Below the pieces are notes generated by a model. That model was not told where the DNA came from and ran no database searches. It worked only from the letters and a program-made list of their open reading frames with translations. 46,081 nucleotides of DNA from Chlorobiota bacterium (GTDB lineage: Bacteria; Bacteroidota; Bacteroidia; Bacteroidales; F082), in NCBI GenBank assembly GCA_013151505.1, contig JAADID010000175.1:1-46081 (forward strand), in the 5' to 3' direction. Positions 38,069 to 46,081 of the stretch are shown in pieces; position 1 is the stretch's first letter; every line of letters starts with the position of its first letter. A program made the position numbers and the translations under genes.

Positions 38069-38947
38069 GTGACCTTATTCTGTAAAACAATTAACAAATT
38101 GATTCTTCCGGAAATTTTCTTGTTGTTTGTTTCCCTGTCCGCGATAAGTATTCCGGGAAATGCACAAAAGAAAGTGCCGGATGATTTTTGTATCACGTCA
38201 GAAGAAAAAAAACTTTTTGATGACATCAATGCATTGCTTACCGATTATAATAAAAAAGCGTTAAAACTTTCGGCCTCTTTGTCGTATGTGGCCCGTCTTC
38301 ACGTGGACGACCTGTTGAAAAACAGACCGGATACCAGCATTTGCAACCTCTCGAGCTGGAGCGACAAAGGTGCGTGGACCGCCTGTTGTTACAATAAATA
38401 TGTAGCGGACCAGGAATGTATGTGGGGTAAACCCAAAGAGCTGACTACTTACCCTTACCGCGGATATGAACTGGCCGGTTATTTTCAGGATGAGTTTACA
38501 GCCGATTCGGTGATTGAATTGTGGTCATCGCAAAAGGAAGTCCTGGATATGATTCTTGCCCGCGAAAACTATTCAAAAAAAGAATGGGTTTGTATGGGGG
38601 TAGGGATGAACGGGCATTATGTTTCCGTTTGGTTTGGCCAGCGGCCTGATAAGGTAAAACCACCTCCTGTATGCGATACTTCCGAAATTGTTCTGACAAC
38701 TTCAAAAAAAACGAAAAAAAAATCAACTGTCAGCTATTATCTGATCATTGCTTCTTTTACAAACGAAAGAGATGCGCGTGAAGCCATTAAAAGGTTCAAA
38801 AAAAACGGATTTAATAATGTCGGATATTTAAAAACCAACGGAAAAGTGCGCATTTATCTCGACCGTTATTCCAACATTAAAGAAGCCATGTACGCCAAAC
38901 AAAACCTTCCGTACACCTATCGTGATGCATGGATATACAAGGAATGA
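38069..38947 (+). CDS. Exported protein with CAP-like N-terminal and SPOR-like C-terminal domain (start probably GTG 38069)
   Basis: LS.SL..VA..H...C.LSSWS...CC core; YYLIIASF....DA...DAWI SPOR-like tail. Confidence 0.72.
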   Translation: MTLFCKTINKLILPEIFLLFVSLSAISIPGNAQKKVPDDFCITSEEKKLFDDINALLTDYNKKALKLSASLSYVARLHVDDLLKNRPDTSICNLSSWSDKGAWTACCYNKYVADQECMWGKPKELTTYPYRGYELAGYFQDEFTADSVIELWSSQKEVLDMILARENYSKKEWVCMGVGMNGHYVSVWFGQRPDKVKPPPVCDTSEIVLTTSKKTKKKSTVSYYLIIASFTNERDAREAIKRFKKNGFNNVGYLKTNGKVRIYLDRYSNIKEAMYAKQNLPYTYRDAWIYKE

Positions 38948-39094
38948 TCTCCAAAAAATAATCTATCTTTGAACCCTTCTATTTTTTAGGGAGTACTTGT
39001 CAACAACCGGGTTAATTATAGGAAAAGTGGAAAATATCATCTAAAATTCTGATTTCTGTTGAAATAAATTTTGAATATTCAAATAAACGAGGTC

Positions 39095-40273
39095 ATGCCT
39101 GAATACAAGCTAACAGAAGTAACTGATAAAAAAACCGTTAAAAAGTTCCTTGAGCTTCCTGTTGAGATCAACCGGGGTGATGACAACTGGATCAGGCCTT
39201 TGGATGATGATATCGAAAAAATATTTGACCGCAAAAAGAACAAGCTGTTCAGAAACGGAGATGCCATCAGGTGGATCATGGAAGACAACAACGGGAAAGT
39301 CGTAGGGCGTGTTGCTGCTTTCTATGATGAAGCCACTGCAAAGAAAAACGACCAGCCCACAGGCGGCATCGGTTTTTTTGAATGCATAAACGATCAGCAG
39401 GCTGCCAACCTGCTCTTTGATACCTCGCGTGAATGGCTCAAAAACAAAGGCATGGAAGCCATGGACGGCCCGGTCAACTTCGGTTCGCGTGAAAATTTCT
39501 GGGGATGCCTTGCCGATGGCTTCTATGAACCTATTTACAAGATGCCCTATAACCCCAAATATTATAATGACCTGTTTGAAGGATACGGTTTTCGGAATTA
39601 TTTCAATCAGTACACTTATCACATGCCGTTGAACCCCGACCTGCTGGATCCTGTGATCAGGGAAAAGGCCGACAGGTTATCAAAAAACCCAAAATACCGT
39701 TTCATTATTTATGATAAAAAGCAAATGGAGAAATTTGCTGAAGATTTCATGATCATCTTCAACAAAGCCTGGGGACCCTTTTCCGGCGTCAAACCCTTTA
39801 GCAGGCAACAAGCCCTTGGTATGTTCAAATCCATGAAACCTGTGGCTGACCCGCGAACCCTTATTTTCGGATATTATGATAACCAACCCATTGGGTTTTT
39901 TATCATGATCCCCGACCTGTACCAGGCATACCGGCATTTTGACGGCAGGTTCGGAACGGTTAACAAATTGCGACTCCTCTATAAATTAAAAGTCAGCAAA
40001 AATTTCACCCGGCTGGTCGGGTTGATTTTCGGAGTAATTCCCGAATTTCAAAAAAAAGGGGCCACATCGGGACTTATATTACGTTTTGAAAAAGAAGTCG
40101 TTAAACCTGATTTTCACTATACCGACCTCGAAATGAACTGGATAGGAGACTTCAATCCCGCTATGATGAAAATTGCTGAACTTATCGGCTCAAAGATCAG
40201 GAAAACACACATTACCTACCGGTATTTGTTCGACCGGAAAAAAGAATTCAAACGGGCAAAAAAGGTCAGTTAG
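39095..40273 (+). CDS. GNAT-fold conserved protein (start ATG 39095 preferred over TTG 39071)
   Basis: VGRVAAF, GFFECI, MDGP.NF, YNP.YY, GVIPEFQKKG, WIGDFN. Confidence 0.75.
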   Translation: MPEYKLTEVTDKKTVKKFLELPVEINRGDDNWIRPLDDDIEKIFDRKKNKLFRNGDAIRWIMEDNNGKVVGRVAAFYDEATAKKNDQPTGGIGFFECINDQQAANLLFDTSREWLKNKGMEAMDGPVNFGSRENFWGCLADGFYEPIYKMPYNPKYYNDLFEGYGFRNYFNQYTYHMPLNPDLLDPVIREKADRLSKNPKYRFIIYDKKQMEKFAEDFMIIFNKAWGPFSGVKPFSRQQALGMFKSMKPVADPRTLIFGYYDNQPIGFFIMIPDLYQAYRHFDGRFGTVNKLRLLYKLKVSKNFTRLVGLIFGVIPEFQKKGATSGLILRFEKEVVKPDFHYTDLEMNWIGDFNPAMMKIAELIGSKIRKTHITYRYLFDRKKEFKRAKKVS

Positions 40274-40281
40274 TTGCTTTT

Positions 40282-41772
40282 ATGAAAGTTAAAACCATTC
40301 TTTTTTCAGGCTTGTTTGCCTTATCCCATTCCGTTTACTCACAGGGTATCTATCAGCCCACACAGGTTTGTTGCGACATCACCGATGAAATACTGAACCT
40401 GAATGTTATTTCGGCAAAAAACAATATCAGAGGACAATTAAGGAAAACGCCCGATAATTTTTATCTGTATTATCTTGATCAATATGCCGATTTTATCAAC
40501 TTGCTGATTGCCCCCAATGAAAACAAATTCAGGCGCTTTAAAGACAACTACTCTGCTTACCGGGAGATAATGGATGACAATGATAATGATTCCCCGTATT
40601 ATTATTTTATCAAATCAACCATGCAATTGCAAATGGGACTGGTCAAATTAAAATTCGGCGATTACATCACGGGGATCAATCATGTGTTCAGGGCTTACCG
40701 GAATACAAGGAAAAACACAGAGAAATTTCCTGATTTTTACGGGAACAAAAAAATGAACGGACTTTTCAATCTTATTCTGACCAACATTCCTCCGTTTATC
40801 AGAAATGTGGCAAAAGTATTTGGCGTGAAACCCAGTAACCAAAATCCGATTGATTTGCTTGAGCAATACAAAACCGGCGTAACCGGTAAAAAAGGTTTAA
40901 AAGTTGAAGCGGATATTTTCATCACGCTGGCCTATTTGCTTGAAAAAGAACCGGATAAAGGTTTCCTCCACATTTCTTCTTTGGATCCTGCAGAATACAA
41001 TAATTTTCTTGTAAAATATTTTTACGGCAACCTGGCTTACCATGCCCGTGAAAACGAGAAAGCCCTGAAAGTGTTCCGCACCATAGACATCAACAGGACA
41101 GAGGTTCCGTTTTATCCCTATTATTTCCTGTACGGAAAAATATTAATGAATAAACTGGATCCGCACGCAAGCGACTACTTCGTGAAGTTCATCAGCGAAA
41201 CCAACGGAATAGACTACCTGAAACAGGCCCATCTTTATCTGGCATACGGTTACCTGCTGAAAGGGGAGAAAGAAAAATATGAGATTGAGTTGACCCTGGT
41301 AAAAAAGACGGGATCGGATAAAACCGAACGTGACCGGGATGCACTCTGTGATCTAAAATCGGGTTATACGCCTGATACAACCCTGCTTCAGGCATCGTTT
41401 CTTGAAAAGGGCGGGTATTTTACCGAAGCCAGCGTGAAATTATCACATTATAACTTTTCTCATCAACAACCGGTCCCCGACAAATTAAATTACATGTTGC
41501 TTAACGGTAACGTTGCACTGGGGCTTCACGATACGATCAGCGCCACCGGCTATTATAAAGAAACCATTGCCATCGGCGAAAAGGAAAAGTACTTTTTTGC
41601 CTGTAATGCAGCTTTAAATCTGGGAATGATATATGAAAGCCGGGGTGATCTCATAACCGCCCGGTCATATTATGATCTTTGCAAAGACCTGTATGATTCG
41701 GGTTATTATGAATCCATCATAGACAAAGCTGAAAAAGGCCTGGCGCGCATTGAAGCCGGATTGAAAAAATAA
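40282..41772 (+). CDS. Exported TPR-like protein
   Basis: Signal peptide ending YS|Q; Tyr/Ala/Leu-rich helical repeats. Confidence 0.7.
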   Translation: MKVKTILFSGLFALSHSVYSQGIYQPTQVCCDITDEILNLNVISAKNNIRGQLRKTPDNFYLYYLDQYADFINLLIAPNENKFRRFKDNYSAYREIMDDNDNDSPYYYFIKSTMQLQMGLVKLKFGDYITGINHVFRAYRNTRKNTEKFPDFYGNKKMNGLFNLILTNIPPFIRNVAKVFGVKPSNQNPIDLLEQYKTGVTGKKGLKVEADIFITLAYLLEKEPDKGFLHISSLDPAEYNNFLVKYFYGNLAYHARENEKALKVFRTIDINRTEVPFYPYYFLYGKILMNKLDPHASDYFVKFISETNGIDYLKQAHLYLAYGYLLKGEKEKYEIELTLVKKTGSDKTERDRDALCDLKSGYTPDTTLLQASFLEKGGYFTEASVKLSHYNFSHQQPVPDKLNYMLLNGNVALGLHDTISATGYYKETIAIGEKEKYFFACNAALNLGMIYESRGDLITARSYYDLCKDLYDSGYYESIIDKAEKGLARIEAGLKK

Positions 41773-41853
41773 AACATTCGTATTTCCGAAAGCAGGCGTT
41801 TGTCATCCGTAACCCAAAATCTTAGTATCTTTAGCCCGCATTTGTCAATCAAA

Positions 41854-44373
41854 ATGTTAACCATGTTTCACAGACCAATCCGAATTCTTTTCATTTTACT
41901 CCTCGTGATCCTGGCAGGGTATGCCGCTTTTCCACAGGAATCCAAACCGCAGATAATGATATCACCTGAGGGCGATACGATTACAATTAAGGCGATAGAA
42001 TTATCCCAGATCACTTCAAGTATTGAAGAATCCTATAATACCATCAAAAATGTTCGTCAGGTTCTCGCAGACAACAAAGACCTGCAGGGGTTTGATTCGC
42101 TTTACGTTTTGGGGATGAAATATTTGAAAGAGGAAAAGGAAAAAATACTGAAAAATGAAGATGAATTTACCCTTATCCAGATTGATAATTTCATGAAACA
42201 ATGGGAAGCAAATCAGGCAAAAGCCGATATGTGGAAAACAAGAATACAAAAACGGGTAAAAATATTAAACGATAATTTATTTATTGTTTCCGTTTTAAAG
42301 GAGAAGTGGCTGGTAACCTATAAAAAATCGAGGAAAGCAGGTGTTCCCGAGAACGTTTTGACAAGCGTTTCGGATCTCATCGTAAAACTGAAAGACCTTG
42401 AGAAAGAGATTAAACGGGAACAAAACAAAACGCTGGATATGCAAAACAACATCACCAAGGTGATGCTTATGATAGATCAAACACTCACGGAGTTAAATAA
42501 GATCCAAACGGTCGTTCAGTCCGACTACCTTCGCCAGGATAGTCCGCCATTATGGAGCGCGGGCGATTCAACCATTAATCCGCGCAGTACAAGCTTACTC
42601 ATTAAACAATCAGTGGCGTCCAACCAAAAAAGTATTTCCCTGTTTTTTGGTGAAAACAAAAACACAATGATTTTCCACGTGATCCTCTTTTTCCTGATCT
42701 GGGGAATACTGTATTTATTATACAAACAGTCGGATAAACTGGAAGCAAAAGTCGAATCCGAAGGTATGCAAACAATACTTTCCAAATCCAGGGAGATCAT
42801 TTCACGACATGTTGCCGACGCGCTTATCATCGCCATGTTTCTCACTTTATGGCTGTATCCTCCTATGATCAGTTCGATTAGTAAAGTTATCCAACTGGTT
42901 TTTCTCATCATTGCCATTATCATCCTGCCCGGTTTTACCAACAAGAAAATAAAACCTTTTCTGTACATCGTACTCGTGCTTTATCTTATCAATCTTTTTC
43001 ATGTGATGATCCCGGGCAAAACTTTATTTATAAGGATTATTTTAGTGGTGGAAAATATTCTCTCCGCATGGTTACTCTATAAGATATTTAAATCCGTTGA
43101 AATAATTTTCCCGGGGTTTAAATCAAGCCGGTGGGGATTTTTTGTGTACCTGATACCCGTGTTCCTTCTTTTTCTCGCTACATCATTTATAGGGAACCTG
43201 ATTGGCTTTGTGAATATTGCTTTGCTGTTGAATAATGCGGTGACAGATGCCCTCATCAGTATTGTCATTTTAACCCTGGCGGTAATGGTCTTCATAGCCA
43301 CTTTCTCGATTTTGATCAGGATGCCCTGGGTACTTAAATCGAATCTGATCAGGAATCACTTTACATTGACCGAAAAACGGATCTATCAAATAATCCGGAT
43401 CGTCGGAATATGGCTATGGATTAAATCGGTATTGACAGATTTAAGTCTTTATTCCATTCTTTACGACTGGTTCACCGGGTTAACATCAATTTCATGGAAG
43501 GTTGGGAAAACAACGATCGAGTTAGGAGGAATAATCAATTTCTTCCTGATCATCATCATTACTTATTATGTAACCAGGTTTATTAAAATCATACTAAACG
43601 AAGAAGTTTTTCCGCGTATCAGGTTACCGCGGGGTGTTCCCGGCGCCATTACCATGATTACCGGATACTTTATTGCCGGATACGGCCTTTTTCTTGCCAT
43701 CGCCGCCATGGGAGTTGATTTGGGAAAATTCGGATTGCTTGCCGGAACGCTGGGCGTTGGTATCGGTTTTGGCCTTCAGGGAATTGTTGCCAATTTTATT
43801 GCCGGGCTGGTACTGGCTTTTGAACGGCCCATCCAGGTAGGCGATACCATTGAAGTAAACGGTATGATGGGTGATGTGGTCTCTATCGGTGTCAGGTCGA
43901 GTTCCATCAGGACTTTTGACGGCAGCGAAGTAATCATTCCCAACAGTACGCTCATCACCAACGATGTGATAAACTGGACATTGTCAGACCGCAAAAAAAG
44001 ACGGGATATCCAGGTAGGTGTTGCTTATGGTACCGATCCGCACAAAGTATTGGAGATCATCAAAAAAGTAGCTAACGAACATCCCAATGTGTTAAAAACA
44101 CCCGCCCCGTGGGCCTTGTTTGACGGTTTTGGCGACAGCGCTCTGAATTTCAGAATAAGGATATGGACTACCATGGACACGGGGATGACAACAAAAAGTG
44201 AAGTGGCCATTGCCATTTATGATGCTTTGCAGGAAGCCGGCATTCAGATACCTTTCCCTCAGCACGACTTGCATCTTAAATCAATTGATCCTGAAATTGA
44301 GAAAGTGGCATTCAGAAAAACAAATGTTCAGTCGGGGAAAAAGAATACACCCGAAACTGATAAAAACAAATAA
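41854..44373 (+). CDS. Large MscS-family (MscK-like) mechanosensitive channel (start 41854 or 41863)
   Basis: Periplasmic coiled coil, multiple TM, GVGIGFGLQ...FERPIQVGD...IPNS...NWT, GVAYGTD, IPFPQ. Confidence 0.93.
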   Translation: MLTMFHRPIRILFILLLVILAGYAAFPQESKPQIMISPEGDTITIKAIELSQITSSIEESYNTIKNVRQVLADNKDLQGFDSLYVLGMKYLKEEKEKILKNEDEFTLIQIDNFMKQWEANQAKADMWKTRIQKRVKILNDNLFIVSVLKEKWLVTYKKSRKAGVPENVLTSVSDLIVKLKDLEKEIKREQNKTLDMQNNITKVMLMIDQTLTELNKIQTVVQSDYLRQDSPPLWSAGDSTINPRSTSLLIKQSVASNQKSISLFFGENKNTMIFHVILFFLIWGILYLLYKQSDKLEAKVESEGMQTILSKSREIISRHVADALIIAMFLTLWLYPPMISSISKVIQLVFLIIAIIILPGFTNKKIKPFLYIVLVLYLINLFHVMIPGKTLFIRIILVVENILSAWLLYKIFKSVEIIFPGFKSSRWGFFVYLIPVFLLFLATSFIGNLIGFVNIALLLNNAVTDALISIVILTLAVMVFIATFSILIRMPWVLKSNLIRNHFTLTEKRIYQIIRIVGIWLWIKSVLTDLSLYSILYDWFTGLTSISWKVGKTTIELGGIINFFLIIIITYYVTRFIKIILNEEVFPRIRLPRGVPGAITMITGYFIAGYGLFLAIAAMGVDLGKFGLLAGTLGVGIGFGLQGIVANFIAGLVLAFERPIQVGDTIEVNGMMGDVVSIGVRSSSIRTFDGSEVIIPNSTLITNDVINWTLSDRKKRRDIQVGVAYGTDPHKVLEIIKKVANEHPNVLKTPAPWALFDGFGDSALNFRIRIWTTMDTGMTTKSEVAIAIYDALQEAGIQIPFPQHDLHLKSIDPEIEKVAFRKTNVQSGKKNTPETDKNK

Positions 44374-44376
44374 AAA

Positions 44377-45453
44377 ATGAAAAAAACTTTTGAAAAATTA
44401 ATACCCTGGGCAAGCGGTTTACGATTCTGGATAATTCTTGCCTCCCTGGTAATCGTTCTCGCCGCCATGAAAGAATCACGGTACATCATCAACATCATCT
44501 TACTTTCTTTTTTTGCCACATCCATCTCCATCGGGCCGATTGAATGGATGAAGAAAAAAGGAATCCCCGAATTGTTTGCCAATCTGATCATGGTTCTGAT
44601 CTTCATAATCATTGTCGGTCTTACGATCCTGATTATAAGTTCAAGTGTAAATAATTTTGTTTCGAGGGTGCCTTATTACAACGAAAAATTTAATGAACTT
44701 TGGTTTGCAACGCATCAATGGCTTGTGGAACATCAGTTGATGGACGAAGATTTCAGCCCGTTGAAAGAACTCAACCCGGGAAATATTATTAACATTGCAG
44801 GAGGTCTTTTCGCCGGTATCGGCAATGTGCTGGGCACTTTCTTCCTGGTTTTTATCATTTACATTTTTATGCTGTTCGAGATTTCCGTTTTCTCAAGAAA
44901 ACTCAAACTGATCAACCCAAAATCAGTCCATTCGGTTGACAATGTTCTGCGAAGCCTGGTGAAATATTTCGGAATTAAAACTTTAACCAGTTTTGCAACG
45001 GGATTTTTCATTACCATCGGATTACTTATTCTGGGTGTTGATTTTCCTGTTTTGTGGGGATTTCTTGCATTCATTCTGAATTTTATACCCAGTATCGGAT
45101 CGTTTGTCGCAGCCATCCCCGCCGTATTGTTGTCATTGATCCTGCTGGGACCCATCGGAGCTTTGATAACGATAATCATGTATTTTGTCATTAACACCAT
45201 TATCGGAAACATCATCGAACCGCAATTGATGGGACGTAATCTCGGCATATCTCCCTTATTTGTTTTCATTGCCATGATCTTTTGGGGCTATATATTAGGC
45301 CCTGTCGGGATGTTGATCGCTACACCTCTGATTATCATGATCAAGATCATTCTTGACAGCAGACCGGTAACAAAAGATATCGGCACCATGCTTGGCAACG
45401 GCATTACTGTCCAGGCGCTGGAAGAAGAACAGAAGAAGCTGGACCTTATGTAA
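44377..45453 (+). CDS. AI-2E family transporter
   Basis: LNFIPSIGS, IEPQLMG..LGISP, FWG.ILG.VGML. Confidence 0.93.
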   Translation: MKKTFEKLIPWASGLRFWIILASLVIVLAAMKESRYIINIILLSFFATSISIGPIEWMKKKGIPELFANLIMVLIFIIIVGLTILIISSSVNNFVSRVPYYNEKFNELWFATHQWLVEHQLMDEDFSPLKELNPGNIINIAGGLFAGIGNVLGTFFLVFIIYIFMLFEISVFSRKLKLINPKSVHSVDNVLRSLVKYFGIKTLTSFATGFFITIGLLILGVDFPVLWGFLAFILNFIPSIGSFVAAIPAVLLSLILLGPIGALITIIMYFVINTIIGNIIEPQLMGRNLGISPLFVFIAMIFWGYILGPVGMLIATPLIIMIKIILDSRPVTKDIGTMLGNGITVQALEEEQKKLDLM

Positions 45454-45469
45454 TCGTAATAATAATTTT

Positions 45470-45964
45470 TTGGAAGACATCATCGGCTATATTATCCTTT
45501 TTGTATCGGGACTGGGAGCGCTTTACCTGTACCAGTGGCGGAAAGACAAAATCCGGCTGTTTCCGTTGTCGGAACAGCATTATCCCGAGTCGGTACTGAC
45601 GGTGCTGATCCTTAAAAAAAGCGGGGAAATTAAATCTCTTGTTCTGCGGTTTTATGCAAAAAAAGAAATGACGCTGCAGGAGTTACGGGTCGAAATGATC
45701 TCACCGGAAAACGAGATATTCTCGGTTTCATTAAATAAAATTTTAAACGCACAATTATTTCCTGTAAAAATTGCGCCGGACAGCTCTTTTGATTTTGAAT
45801 TCGAAATGGATGCCTTCAAAGATGAGCTAACCGGGCAATCGGTAAGATTCAGTGCCTTCAGGCTGGTAGCTCAAAACGCAAAAGGGAAAAAATTCAAATC
45901 CCATCGCCTTGCTTTCGATAAACGCTGGGCTATCTTCAAACCTGATACGGGGAAGTACAATTAG
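45470..45964 (+). CDS. Hypothetical membrane-anchored protein (probable TTG start 45470)
   Basis: N-terminal TM segment followed by a soluble beta-rich domain; follows the AI-2E gene closely. Confidence 0.65.
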   Translation: MEDIIGYIILFVSGLGALYLYQWRKDKIRLFPLSEQHYPESVLTVLILKKSGEIKSLVLRFYAKKEMTLQELRVEMISPENEIFSVSLNKILNAQLFPVKIAPDSSFDFEFEMDAFKDELTGQSVRFSAFRLVAQNAKGKKFKSHRLAFDKRWAIFKPDTGKYN

Positions 45965-45970
45965 GATGCC

Positions 45971-46081
45971 GGATAACGGTAAACGGAAAATAGTTAATGG
46001 AGAATAGTTGAATCGGTTGAATCGGTTGAATCAGTTGAATCAGTTGAATCAGTTGAATCAGTTAAATCGGTTGAATCGGTT
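45971..46081. repeat. Tandem repeats: degenerate heptamers (45971-46005) then GTTGAATC[AG] 9-mers, at least 8 copies, truncated by the window end
   Basis: Read directly from 46007 onward; one copy is GTTAAATCG. Confidence 0.92.

Noticed and set aside
46007..46081. CRISPR array from the 9-mer repeats
   Set aside because: Contiguous tandem units with no spacers

Overview
Bacteroidota (probably Bacteroidales) chromosomal window. The evidence is TAnnTTTG -7 promoter boxes, A-rich starts without Shine-Dalgarno sites, Gln-after-signal-peptide proteins and a T9SS-type C-terminal domain. The main feature is a ~17.8 kb minus-strand multiheme-cytochrome island (15190-32960) with 60 canonical CxxCH motifs in seven cytochromes, plus two Cx3CH and one CxxCH in a sensor kinase. 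It encodes three paralogs resembling the Geobacter nanowire cytochrome OmcE and a larger cytochrome with an OmcE-like N-terminal domain. It also encodes an ExtABC-like porin-cytochrome module (pentaheme lipoprotein, beta-barrel, 14-15-heme periplasmic cytochrome), three NHL beta-propellers (one with a T9SS-like sorting domain) and a 17-heme cytochrome. Its regulators are a heme-binding histidine kinase and a sigma-54 activator, with matching -24/-12 promoters and a candidate enhancer. This reads as a candidate cytochrome-nanowire / extracellular electron transfer system in a Bacteroidota; that is an inference and is untested. Elsewhere: an AT-rich, cassette-like left end (attC-like repeats, VOC gene, AbiE toxin-antitoxin), argS divergent from a probable arginine synthetase (ArcE), an orphan TPR membrane protein facing a small CPxxC protein, a probable 7_1-knot protein under a sigma-54 promoter, short tandem repeats and ordinary housekeeping/transport genes. 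No rRNA, tRNA, CRISPR or transposase was seen. All homology calls come from motif recognition and memory, not from database searches.
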